Positions 37,843 through 47,322 of a DNA stretch of 64,000 bases are shown here, piece after piece (the stretch's first letter is position 1; the number at the start of each line of letters is the position of its first letter). The DNA lies in NCBI GenBank assembly GCA_965220965.1, contig OZ244852.1, positions 416,001 through 480,000 of the forward strand, in the 5' to 3' direction. The position numbers and the translations under genes were made by a program. The DNA comes from Candidatus Marinacidobacterium sp. (GTDB taxonomy: Bacteria > Acidobacteriota > Vicinamibacteria > Marinacidobacterales > Marinacidobacteraceae). The notes below the pieces were generated by a model. The model did no database searches, was not told the origin of the DNA, and saw only the letters and a list, made by a program, of their open reading frames with translations.

Positions 37843-38655
37843 TCAGTCGCGTTCGCCGAGGCGGATCAGGATGCCGAGGGTGAGCGCCGAGACGCTCGCG
37901 ACGTCGGTTCCGCCCTCGGAGAAGACGAGGGGTTCCGCCGCCGGGTAGCGCATGAACCGGTAATCGAACGAGAGGGCCACCGGGAACAGCGGGAACACGA
38001 CCTTCATCCCGGCGCCGACAACGATGGTGCCGGCGCGAAATGGCGCGTCCTCCCCGATGTCCGACTCGCGCCACCCGTACCCGACCGTGGCGTAAGGCGT
38101 CATGGCGGCGAGCGGGATCTGCGCCACCGCCGAGGCGCTGAACTCCTGGCTCTCCTGCCGGATTCCGTCCTCGAAGACGGTGAGCCCGGCCTCCTCGTCC
38201 TCGACCGAGATCTCGAACACGCTCCTGGTCCGGGTGTATCCCGCCTCGACCCCGAAGTGGCGGTTCACGAACACCGAGCCGCGCGCCCCGTAGTGCTCCC
38301 CGAACCCCACGTCTTCGGCCTGTGCGGAGACCGTCTGGAAGATGTTCCGCGAGAACCCGAGGTCCTGGTTCACCCGCTGTCCCCCGATCTGGGCGCCGAG
38401 CTCGACGCGGGCCCAGACGCCGCCGGGAGTGAACACCGGGCCGCCCCGGGTGCGCTGGATGGCGCCGGGCTGCGTCGAAGCGGCGCCGTCGCCGCCGGAG
38501 TTGAGGCTCCCTCCCGCGGCGCGCGCCCGCGCCAGCAGACTCGCGGGCCGGGCCGCCTCACGCGCCTCCCCGGGACTTGGGGCGGTCTCCGCCGCCAGGG
38601 GCGCCGCCGCGCAGCCGCACGCCATCACGACGGCCGCCAGCGGCGGCCGGATCAC
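37843..38655 (-). CDS. Outer-membrane beta-barrel (OmpA/OmpW-like) protein
   Basis: Signal peptide; amphipathic strands HFGVEAGY, MTPYATVGYG, GAGMKV, LSFDYR; GTGA overlap with upstream gene. Confidence 0.65.
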   Translation of the reverse strand: MIRPPLAAVVMACGCAAAPLAAETAPSPGEAREAARPASLLARARAAGGSLNSGGDGAASTQPGAIQRTRGGPVFTPGGVWARVELGAQIGGQRVNQDLGFSRNIFQTVSAQAEDVGFGEHYGARGSVFVNRHFGVEAGYTRTRSVFEISVEDEEAGLTVFEDGIRQESQEFSASAVAQIPLAAMTPYATVGYGWRESDIGEDAPFRAGTIVVGAGMKVVFPLFPVALSFDYRFMRYPAAEPLVFSEGGTDVASVSALTLGILIRLGERD

Positions 38656-39653
38656 GGACGGACCTCGATGTCCACCTCGGTGAAGCCGTCCCGCCGGACC
38701 GTGACCAGGCGCGGCAGGATCGTCGTGCTGAAGTCGGTGTCCACCTGATTGAATCCGAAGAAATAGGTGGACGGCGCGTGGCCGGTGGGGAGCGGGTTGA
38801 CCCGGAGGACATACCGTCCGGGGACCAGGCCGCCGATCTCGAAGGTTCCGTCGTCGGCGGCCCAGTTGCCGACGAGGTGGTCCTCCTGCGGTTCGTAGGC
38901 CACCACATGGGCGTGCGCCACGCCGGCGCCGTCGTCGCGCAGCACCCGGCCGCGGATGCCCCCGGCATTTCGGGCGGGGCCGGGGTAGAGGACCGAGATG
39001 CCCGCGACATCGTCCGCAGTCAGCGTCCGACCCAGGCTGCTGCCCCGGCCGAACGAGAAGGGCCACATGACGGCCGAGCCCGCGAGCACGCCCTCGTCGG
39101 TGCTGCGGCCCACGCTCGAGTGTCCGAGGCCGAGGAAGTGCCCGGCCTCGTGGACCACCAGCGAGCGGTAGTCCCAGCCGCCCCGCTCGGGCGTATCGGT
39201 CCAGTTGTACGCCGGGTTGACCAGGATGTCGGATTCGACGATGCGACCGGTGTCGGCCGCCACCAGCCAGCTCGTCACCGCGAGCGTCGCCTCCGCCACG
39301 CCGAGTTCCCGGAGGTGCTCCCGGGTGGAGAAACCGATCGTGTTCGTGAAGTCGAAGAACTCGAAGGGTCGCTGGTTCGTGAGCCCCTGGTAGGTCAGCG
39401 AGAGATCGGCCTCGGCCACCGCGTCCCAGGTCCCCACCGCGGCGCGCGTCTGCGCCACGACCTCCTCGACGGTCATCCAGTTGTCGTCCCGGTTCGCCAC
39501 CCAGTACGGGATCGACGCCACGCCGGGAGCCCACCGGAACTGGGGCGCTCCGAGGAGCTGGTAACCGGACGCCGGAGGGGGACCGCCGAGAGGCAGCGCG
39601 AACGCGAGGATCACCGCGGCGACGAAGGGACGGAGCATCACCCGGTCGTTCAT
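38652..39653 (-). CDS. Secreted matrixin (M10) zinc metalloprotease with C-terminal carboxypeptidase-regulatory-like domain
   Basis: ESDILVN, HEAGHFLGLGH, Met-turn SAVMWP, LTADDVAGISVLYP. Confidence 0.9.
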   Translation of the reverse strand: MNDRVMLRPFVAAVILAFALPLGGPPPASGYQLLGAPQFRWAPGVASIPYWVANRDDNWMTVEEVVAQTRAAVGTWDAVAEADLSLTYQGLTNQRPFEFFDFTNTIGFSTREHLRELGVAEATLAVTSWLVAADTGRIVESDILVNPAYNWTDTPERGGWDYRSLVVHEAGHFLGLGHSSVGRSTDEGVLAGSAVMWPFSFGRGSSLGRTLTADDVAGISVLYPGPARNAGGIRGRVLRDDGAGVAHAHVVAYEPQEDHLVGNWAADDGTFEIGGLVPGRYVLRVNPLPTGHAPSTYFFGFNQVDTDFSTTILPRLVTVRRDGFTEVDIEVRP

Positions 39654-40252
39654 TGCCGGCCGGTGAGCGCGGCGCGCACCACGCCTTCGACATGCGAAAG
39701 CGCCACCGGCTCCGCCTCCTGGTGCGCGAGCGTTCGGCCCGACTCGTCGGCGAGGTTCAGTCCGGCGAGCCCGCGGTGGAGCACCCGCTCTCCGGTCCCC
39801 GGGTCGGTCTCCAGCCGGAACTTGCCCTGCGCCAGCCCGAACACGGTGGGAACCCGCGCCGCGCCGCCATCGGTGAATACGAGCACTTCCTCGTCCAATT
39901 GGAACGACGGAGCGCCCGCGACGACCAGCCGGTAGCCGCCGGCTTCTCCGCCGAGAACCCGCAGCGTCACGAGCGAGCCGCCGCGCCCTCCCTTGAGCCA
40001 CTGGTCCACTTCGATCGTGACGAAGGTGTGGATGCTCGTGCGGCGCGCGCTGACCTGGCTGCGCACGCCCACGACGCGGCCGGTCAGGATCTGGTCGGCG
40101 CGACGGGCCATCTCGTCCAGCGGGACGGCGAGGACGGTCGAAGCGTCGAGCGGGGGCGGCGCGATCGCGAGCGCGGCGAGCGCGGCGGCGAGGGCGAGGG
40201 CGCCTGCACCGGCGCCGCGCCGCCGGGGAGCTCCTTCCGCCATGCCCGCCAT
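39650..40252 (-). CDS. Secreted hypothetical protein of the kind found next to or fused to matrixins
   Basis: Signal peptide; LDEMARRADQILTGRV, V...LKG, GG, GAPSF..EEVLVF, GLAQGKF; ATGA overlap with the matrixin. Confidence 0.75.
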   Translation of the reverse strand: MAGMAEGAPRRRGAGAGALALAAALAALAIAPPPLDASTVLAVPLDEMARRADQILTGRVVGVRSQVSARRTSIHTFVTIEVDQWLKGGRGGSLVTLRVLGGEAGGYRLVVAGAPSFQLDEEVLVFTDGGAARVPTVFGLAQGKFRLETDPGTGERVLHRGLAGLNLADESGRTLAHQEAEPVALSHVEGVVRAALTGRQ

Positions 40253-40367
40253 GACCCGCACGGAAACTTAGCAGTCCGTTGATGAAGTCCCGGCGGTGGC
40301 GACCGAGGCCCCGGGAGGAGCCAGCAAGGCGAACGCGCCGCGCGCCGTACCATTCCGGGCCGGCGGC

Positions 40368-41186
40368 ATGCGCGACGACAACGGATCGGTTCCGTTCCCC
40401 GACGGCGGCGCCGCGCCGGACCTGAACCTCCGGTTCCTGGACGCCGAGCGGCCGGGGCAGGCGAGACTCGCCGCGACCTGTGTTCCCGGCGCCGGGCCGG
40501 GCAAGCCGGTCTGGGTCTTTCTGCACGGACTGGGCGGAAGCCGGTTGGGCGACAAGGCCCGAAGGTTCCGCGACTGGCTGTTCGGCCGGGGGCCCGGCTT
40601 CTTCGCGCTCGACTTCACGGGGCACGGCGACTCCGGCGGAGACTGCCGCGGCCTCACGCTCTCGCGGAACCTGGAGGACATCGACCGGGGCGCGCGCTTC
40701 CTCGAAGCGGAGGCCCCGGGCGCCGAGCTGGTGCTCGTCGGGTCCTCGATGGGAGGGGTGGCGGCGCTGTGGTACGCCGCGCTTCATCCGGCCCGCGTGC
40801 GGCTCGTGGTGGCGATCGCGCCGGCGCTGCGGATGGCGGCGCGGGTGGCTGCGAGCCTCTCCGCGGAGGAACGGCGGCGTTGGCGGGAACGCGGGTTCCT
40901 ACCGGTCCCGATCGGCGAGGACACGCTCGAGATCGGCCCGGACATCGTGGCTGACGAGGACGACTTCCTCCCCGACCGCCTCGCGGCCACCCTCCGCGCG
41001 CCGACCCTCATCCTGCACGGAACCGACGACGCCGTCGTGCCAATCGGACTGTCGCGCAATTTTGTGGAGGAGTGCCCCTCGGCGCGGCTTCAGGAGATCG
41101 AAGGGGGCGACCACCGGCTCCAGGAGCACCGGGACTTCCTGTTCGAGGCGGCCTGGGAGCGCGACCGCGAACTGGCCGCCGGCTAA
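40368..41186 (+). CDS. Alpha/beta hydrolase
   Basis: FLHG, DFTGHGDS, GSSMGG, LHGTDDAVVP, GGDHRL (complete Ser-Asp-His triad). Confidence 0.9.
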   Translation: MRDDNGSVPFPDGGAAPDLNLRFLDAERPGQARLAATCVPGAGPGKPVWVFLHGLGGSRLGDKARRFRDWLFGRGPGFFALDFTGHGDSGGDCRGLTLSRNLEDIDRGARFLEAEAPGAELVLVGSSMGGVAALWYAALHPARVRLVVAIAPALRMAARVAASLSAEERRRWRERGFLPVPIGEDTLEIGPDIVADEDDFLPDRLAATLRAPTLILHGTDDAVVPIGLSRNFVEECPSARLQEIEGGDHRLQEHRDFLFEAAWERDRELAAG

Positions 41187-41191
41187 GCGCC

Positions 41192-42307
41192 TTGTTCTCC
41201 TCCCAGCCGCTGCTCCAGGCGGTAGTGCTCGAAGCGGCGGTTCTGTTCGCGGCTTTCGCCGCCGGGCTGCTTCTGGAGAGGGCGCTGCGTCGGTGGGCGC
41301 GCCGTCACGCGGCGCGCACCGCCACCGGGTGGGACGACTGGCTCGTCGAGCGCGGCTTCCACTGGGTCCCGTCGGGGCTGCTGGCGGTTGTCTCGCTCCA
41401 CCTGTTCCGGCTGCTTCGGCCCGATGGCGTCGAAGCCCCCTTTCTCACCGGGGTCGCCCAGATCCTGCTCCTGCTCGCCGGGATCCGGGTCGCGGTCGAC
41501 CTCGTGCTCGCAAGCCTTCGATTCCGCCAGCAGCGCTTCGGGCTCCCGGCGGCCTCGATCCTTCGCAACACCGTCCTCTCGGTGGCGGTGGTGGCGGCGG
41601 TGCTCGTCGTCCTCGATCAGGCGGGCGTCTCCATCGGGCCGCTTCTCGCGACCCTCGGCGTCGGAGCGCTGGCGCTGGCGCTCGCGCTCCAGCCGGCGCT
41701 CGGCAACCTGTTCGCCGGGATCCAGCTCATGGCGGCGGGCCACTTCAAGGTCGGGGACTTCATCCGGATGCGCGACCTCGATGGTCTCGAGGGCTTCGTG
41801 ACCGACATCGGCTGGCGCAGCACGACGCTCCACACCCTCCTCGACAACACGATCACGATCCCGAACTCGCGGCTCGCGGAAGCGGTGCTCACGAACCTGA
41901 ACTCCCCGGACCCGAAGCTCCGCATTCTGGTTCCGGTCGGCGTCCACTACGACAGCGATCTGGACGAGGTGGACCGGGTCACCCGGGAAGTGATCCGGGA
42001 GGTCCAGCAGTCGTGTCCGGTCCTGGTCTCCGACTTCGCGGGGGATGTCCGCTGGACCGCGTTCGCGGACTCCGCGGTGACGTTCGACGCGATCCTGCTG
42101 GTGAACCAGCCGCGCGACCGCTTCGAAGCCGCCAGCGTCTTCATCCGGGCGATCCATCGGCGGTTCGGCGAGGAAGGGATCGAGATCCCCTATCCGATCC
42201 GCAACCTCTACCTGCGCGGCGTCGAGAAGGGCTCCGGGTTCCCCGTTCCGGGGGCTGACCGCGCGGAGGTGGCGCCGAGCGACGACCGAACCGCGGAGCG
42301 CCGGTGA
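41192..42307 (+). CDS. Mechanosensitive channel, MscS family
   Basis: LGVGALALALALQ..LGNLFAG, FKVGDFI, IGWRST, IPNS, GIEIPYP. Start approximate (TTG). Confidence 0.9.
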   Translation: MFSSQPLLQAVVLEAAVLFAAFAAGLLLERALRRWARRHAARTATGWDDWLVERGFHWVPSGLLAVVSLHLFRLLRPDGVEAPFLTGVAQILLLLAGIRVAVDLVLASLRFRQQRFGLPAASILRNTVLSVAVVAAVLVVLDQAGVSIGPLLATLGVGALALALALQPALGNLFAGIQLMAAGHFKVGDFIRMRDLDGLEGFVTDIGWRSTTLHTLLDNTITIPNSRLAEAVLTNLNSPDPKLRILVPVGVHYDSDLDEVDRVTREVIREVQQSCPVLVSDFAGDVRWTAFADSAVTFDAILLVNQPRDRFEAASVFIRAIHRRFGEEGIEIPYPIRNLYLRGVEKGSGFPVPGADRAEVAPSDDRTAERR

Positions 42308-44061
42308 GCCGCAGCTCGCCAGCGGGGCCGGGGGGCCGTCCGGCATCGCGCATCCGCTACCAGCCGAACGAGCGGCCGCCGCCGCTGCTCTCCCTGGGCC
42401 TCGCGTTCCAGACGATGCTGGTGCAGGTCGGGGGGATCGTCCTCACCCCGCTCATCGTGGTGCGCGCCGCCGGCAGCGCCGTCCCGGACGGCTACCTGAA
42501 CTGGGCGCTCTTCGCGGCGCTCGTGGTGAGCGGCGTCTCCACCGTGCTTCAGGTGCGCGGCGTGGGCCGTCTCGGCGCCCGGCACTCGCTGACGATGGGC
42601 ACATCCGGCGCCTTCATCGGGGTGAGCGTGGCGGCGCTCGTCACCGGCGGCCCCGCGCTGCTCGCCGCGCTCGTGCTGGTCTCTGCGCTCTTCCAGTTCC
42701 TGATCGCGTTCCGTCTGTCCTGGCTGCGGCGGATCCTCACGCCGACGGTGGCGGGCGTGGTGCTCATGCTCATCGCCGTTCCGGTGATGCCGATCCTCTT
42801 CGGGATGATCACGGATGTCCCGGAAGCGGCGCCGCCGTGGGCGGCCACCGTCACCTTCCTGGTGACGCTCGCCACCGTGGCCGGGTTCGCGATCCGGGGA
42901 GGCCGGTCTCTCCATCCGTGGTCCGTCGGCCTCGGGCTCGTCGCGGGCGGAATCACCGCGGGGTGGTTCGGCATCTTCGACCTGGCCTCGGTGGGGGAGG
43001 CCGGCTGGCTCCGGCTGTTGCCCGCCGGCTGGCCCGGAGTCGACGCCTCGCTGGGCGCGGAGTTCTGGGCCCTCCTCCCGGCCTTCGTCTTCGTGACCCT
43101 CGTCGGCGCGATCGAAACCCTGGGGGACGCGATCGCGATCCAGCGGGTCTCCTGGCGGGACCGCCGGGTCGCCGACTACCGGGTCGTCGAGGGCGCCGTC
43201 GCCGCCGATGGCGCCGGGAACCTCCTCTCCGGCCTCGCCGGGACCGTTCCAAACACCACGTATTCGACCAGCGTCTCGATCACCGAGCTGACCGGGGTGG
43301 CTTCGCGCCGGGTGGGCGTCCTCGTCGGCGTCATCCTCGCCGCGCTGGCGTTCTTCCCGAAGTTCACCGCCTTCTTCGTGGCCATCCCGAATCCGGTGAT
43401 CGCCGCCCTCGGCCTGTTTCTGATCGCCATCCTCTTCACGACCGGGTTCCGGCTGGTCGCCTCGGACGGGATGTCGATGCCGAAGGCGGTCATCGTGGGG
43501 GTCTCGTTCTGGCTCGGATCAGCCTTCCACGCCCGGATGGTGTTCCCCGGGGAGTTCGACGGCATGGTGGGGTCGCTGCTATCGGACGGCATGACCGCTG
43601 GCGGCCTCACGGCGCTGGCGCTCGTCTTCTTCTCCGAGTGGACCGGCCCGCGTCCGCGCCGGCTCTCGATGCCGCTCGACGCCGGGGCCGGTCCGGGCAT
43701 CGTGGAGTTGCTGACCGCGGTCTCGACCCGCCGCCGCTGGGACGCCGGGTCCTCCGCCCGGCTGGTGGCGGCGGCCGAGGAGGCGCTCCTGACCCTGCTG
43801 GACGAGTCGGAGGACCGGGGCGGGGCGCGTCGGCTGCGGTTCACCGTCCGCGCCGGCCGAGGCTCCGCCCAGCTCGAATTCGTGGCCGCCGGCGGCGGCG
43901 AGAACATCGAGGACCGGCTGGCGCTTCTTTCCGATCAGCCCGAGGCCCCCGAGGAAAGCGAGCTCTCGCTTCGGCTGCTGCGCCACTACGCGAGCTCCGT
44001 GGAGCACCGCAAGTACACCGATCTGGACATTCTGACCGTCCACGTGGAGGCGGGCCGCTGA
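42304..44061 (+). CDS. NCS2 (xanthine/uracil) permease-like protein with about 130-aa C-terminal HATPase-like extension
   Basis: MGTSGAFI, RRILTPTVAGVV, AIETLGD, AVAADG, PNTTYS, TGVASR, FPKF; soluble tail AEEALLTL...LSLRLLRHYASSVEH. Confidence 0.82.
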   Translation: MSRSSPAGPGGRPASRIRYQPNERPPPLLSLGLAFQTMLVQVGGIVLTPLIVVRAAGSAVPDGYLNWALFAALVVSGVSTVLQVRGVGRLGARHSLTMGTSGAFIGVSVAALVTGGPALLAALVLVSALFQFLIAFRLSWLRRILTPTVAGVVLMLIAVPVMPILFGMITDVPEAAPPWAATVTFLVTLATVAGFAIRGGRSLHPWSVGLGLVAGGITAGWFGIFDLASVGEAGWLRLLPAGWPGVDASLGAEFWALLPAFVFVTLVGAIETLGDAIAIQRVSWRDRRVADYRVVEGAVAADGAGNLLSGLAGTVPNTTYSTSVSITELTGVASRRVGVLVGVILAALAFFPKFTAFFVAIPNPVIAALGLFLIAILFTTGFRLVASDGMSMPKAVIVGVSFWLGSAFHARMVFPGEFDGMVGSLLSDGMTAGGLTALALVFFSEWTGPRPRRLSMPLDAGAGPGIVELLTAVSTRRRWDAGSSARLVAAAEEALLTLLDESEDRGGARRLRFTVRAGRGSAQLEFVAAGGGENIEDRLALLSDQPEAPEESELSLRLLRHYASSVEHRKYTDLDILTVHVEAGR

Positions 44062-44162
44062 CACGAGGGGCCGGGAGGCGGAGGGTGGTATATCCTCGCT
44101 GGAACGCCCCGGCGCGGCCCGGTGGGGTGGTGGGTACGGCGGCGGGACGGGAGGAGAGACGC

Positions 44163-47100
44163 GTGAGGTTCTTCGTCGCCGCAGGCCGGTGGTCGGTTCC
44201 CCTGCGAACCCTGGGATTCGGTTTCATCGCCGCGCTGGGGTCGGTCACGACCGCGGCCGCGGTCCAGAGTCCCGAGCAGGTGGATTCGGTCCTGAACCGG
44301 CTCGAGTGGCGGGACATCGGGCCCGCGATCATGGGCGGCCGGATCGACGACCTGGCGGTCGTCGAGAGCGACCCCCGGGTGTTCTGGGTGGCGACCGCGT
44401 CCGCCGGGGTGTGGAAGACCGAGAACCAGGGCGTCACCTGGATCCCCCAGTTCCAGCACGAGGAGGTCTCGTCGATCGGGTCCATCGCGGTGGCCGCGTC
44501 GGACCCGTCCGTGGTCTGGGTGGGGACGGGGGAACCCGCGAACCGCCAGAGCAGCTCGTGGGGGAACGGCGTGTATGTCTCGCGGGACGGCGGGACCACC
44601 TGGACGCACCGCGGCCTGTCCGACACCCACCACATCGGCCGCGTCCTCGTGCACCCTCGGGACCCTGACACCGTCTACGTCGCCGCGCTCGGCCACCTCT
44701 GGGGCCCGAACGAGGAGCGGGGCGTGTTCCGCACCCGCGACGGCGGGGAGACCTGGGACAAGGTGCTCTACGGCGACCCGGACACCGGCGCGGTGGAGCT
44801 CGCGATGGACCCGCAGAGTCCCGACATCGTTTACGCGGCGCTCTATCAGCGGCGGCGGCGCGCCTACGGCTTCGCCGGCGGGGGACCCGGGAGCGGCATC
44901 CACCGGACGACCGATGGCGGGGACACCTGGACGAAGCTGGCCGGCGGACTCCCCGAGGGGGACACCGGCCGCATCGGGCTGTCGGTCTACCGGAAGGATC
45001 CGAGGGTGGTCTACGCGATCGTGGAGAACGCTGACGGCGGCGTCTTCCGCTCCGAGGACCGCGGGCTTACCTGGACCCGCATGAGCGACACGAACCCCCG
45101 GCCGATGTATTACAGTCAGATCCGCATCGATCCGAACAACGACCAGCGGATCTGGGTTCTCGGCACCCGGATGCACTACTCGCAGGACGCCGGGCGCACC
45201 TTCGACACCGACTGGGTCCAGCGGATCCACGTGGACCACCACGCGCTCTGGATCAATCCGGCCAACTCGGACCACATGGTGCTCGGGAACGACGGCGGGA
45301 TCCACCTGTCCCTCGACCGGGGCCGGAGCTGGGACTTCGTGAACACGATCCCGCTCTCCCAGTTCTACGAGATCGGCTACGACCTGCGGGTCCCGTATCT
45401 CGTCTACGGCGGACTCCAGGACAACGGGAGCTGGGCCGGCCCCTCGCGGACGCTCTTCCGCCAGGGCATCAGCAACGAGGACTGGTTCCGGATCGGCGGC
45501 GGAGACGGCTTCTACACCCAGGTCGTCCCCGACGACCCCGACACCGTCTACGTGGAGTCCCAGAACGGGAACCTGCGGCGGCTGAACCGGGCGACCGCCG
45601 AGACCAAGACGATCCGGCCCCGCGAGGAGCCGGGAGACGGGGACCGCTACCGCTTCGACTGGAACAGCCCGATCGTCGTCTCTCCCCACGACCCCGACAC
45701 GGTCTACTACGGCGGGAACCGTCTGTTCATCTCGCGGAACCGGGGTGACGGCTGGACCCGGACCGACGACCTGACGAAGCGGCTCGACCGCGACGAGATG
45801 CCGATCATGGGCGCTCCGGTCACCGACGAGACGCTCTCGCGCAACGACGGGATCTCCACCTTCGGACAGATCACGACGCTCGCCGAGTCACCGGTCGAGG
45901 CCGGCGTGCTCTACGTCGGGGCCGATGACGGGAACCTTCAGCGCAGCCGGGACGGCGGCGCCACCTGGGACAACATCACCGGCAACCTGCCCGGAGTCCC
46001 GGACCAGACCTATGTGACCCGGATCGTCGCGTCCGCCCACGCCGCCGGCCGGGTCTACGTGACGCTCGACGGTCACCGCAACGACGACTACGCGACCTAC
46101 GTGTTCGCGAGCGACGACTACGGCGACACGTTCCGGTCGCTGGCGGCCGATCTGCCCCCCGAGGCGGCGCTCAACGTGATCCGGGAGCACCACGACAACG
46201 AGGATCTGCTCGTCGTGGGCGGTGAGTTCGGCGCCCATCTGACGCTGGATCGGGGCGCGAGCTGGCGCCGGATCGAAGGGGAGTTCCCCACGGTTCCGGT
46301 GGACGACCTGGCGATCCACCCCGTGGAGAACGACCTCATCATGGGAACTCACGGACGCGGGGTCTGGATCGCCGACGACATCACCACGCTTTCCTCGCTC
46401 GAGGCGGCCGATTTCGAGCGGGATCTCCATGTCTTCCCGATCCGCGACGCGGTGGCGTGGAGGATGTACACCCACAAGGGGAACACCGGGCACAAGTTCT
46501 TCATCGCCGAGAACCCGCCGGAAGGGGCCCTGATCCACATCCTGGCGGAGGAAGCCGGCGAGGTCGGGATCACCGTGCTCGCCGCCGACGGCGCCACCAT
46601 CCGTTCGCTGACGGCGGACCTCGAACCGGGACTCAACCGGACGAACTGGGATCTCCGGCACGACCCGCCGATCCCCGGCCAGGGCGGGGGCTTCGGCGGC
46701 CCGCCGTCGGGACCCCGCGCGCTGCCCGGGACCTACACGGTGCGGGTGACCCGGGGTGACGCCACCGCCGAGGCGAGCGTCCAGGTGTCCGAGGACCCGA
46801 GGCTGGGCCTCTCCGAGGGCGACCGGCGCGCCAACCACGCGGCGCTGATGCGGCTCGCCGGCATGCTGAGCCGGATGGCGGGAGCGCACGAGACCGCGGC
46901 CGCCACCGCCGCCGAAGCCGCGGCGCTGCTCGAGGACTTTCCGGAGGGCGCCGCCGGCGAGCTGCGCGACCAGGTGAACGCTTTCCGCGAGGCGGCCGAA
47001 GCGGCCGCGAACGGTCTCTCGCGCAACGAGGGGCGCCCGGGCTTCAGCGCCTGGCCGCGCCCGCTCTTCGCGCGGATCAGCGCCGAGGCCCGCAACCTGG

Positions 47101-47273
47101 ACGCCTACACCGAGGCCCCGAACGCCGACACTCAGGCCCGGATCGACGCCATGGAATCCGAGCTGGGAGCGCGCCTGGCCGCCTGGGAGGCGGTTCGCGG
47201 GCAGATCGACGGACTGAACGAGGCGCTGCGCAGCGGGGGCCCGCCCCGGCTGACGCCGCGTCCGGGCGAATGA
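44163..47273 (+). CDS. Secreted VPS10/BNR beta-propeller protein (paralogue of 18030-21029)
   Basis: WRDIGPAIMGGRI, WVGTGE, SxDGGxTW repeats, DHHALWINP, GGLQDNG, GTHGRG. Confidence 0.88.
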   Translation: MRFFVAAGRWSVPLRTLGFGFIAALGSVTTAAAVQSPEQVDSVLNRLEWRDIGPAIMGGRIDDLAVVESDPRVFWVATASAGVWKTENQGVTWIPQFQHEEVSSIGSIAVAASDPSVVWVGTGEPANRQSSSWGNGVYVSRDGGTTWTHRGLSDTHHIGRVLVHPRDPDTVYVAALGHLWGPNEERGVFRTRDGGETWDKVLYGDPDTGAVELAMDPQSPDIVYAALYQRRRRAYGFAGGGPGSGIHRTTDGGDTWTKLAGGLPEGDTGRIGLSVYRKDPRVVYAIVENADGGVFRSEDRGLTWTRMSDTNPRPMYYSQIRIDPNNDQRIWVLGTRMHYSQDAGRTFDTDWVQRIHVDHHALWINPANSDHMVLGNDGGIHLSLDRGRSWDFVNTIPLSQFYEIGYDLRVPYLVYGGLQDNGSWAGPSRTLFRQGISNEDWFRIGGGDGFYTQVVPDDPDTVYVESQNGNLRRLNRATAETKTIRPREEPGDGDRYRFDWNSPIVVSPHDPDTVYYGGNRLFISRNRGDGWTRTDDLTKRLDRDEMPIMGAPVTDETLSRNDGISTFGQITTLAESPVEAGVLYVGADDGNLQRSRDGGATWDNITGNLPGVPDQTYVTRIVASAHAAGRVYVTLDGHRNDDYATYVFASDDYGDTFRSLAADLPPEAALNVIREHHDNEDLLVVGGEFGAHLTLDRGASWRRIEGEFPTVPVDDLAIHPVENDLIMGTHGRGVWIADDITTLSSLEAADFERDLHVFPIRDAVAWRMYTHKGNTGHKFFIAENPPEGALIHILAEEAGEVGITVLAADGATIRSLTADLEPGLNRTNWDLRHDPPIPGQGGGFGGPPSGPRALPGTYTVRVTRGDATAEASVQVSEDPRLGLSEGDRRANHAALMRLAGMLSRMAGAHETAAATAAEAAALLEDFPEGAAGELRDQVNAFREAAEAAANGLSRNEGRPGFSAWPRPLFARISAEARNLDAYTEAPNADTQARIDAMESELGARLAAWEAVRGQIDGLNEALRSGGPPRLTPRPGE

Positions 47274-47322
47274 ACCGGGGCAGGAGACCGCCGCCAACCA
47301 CTTACGACGAGGAGGACCACCG

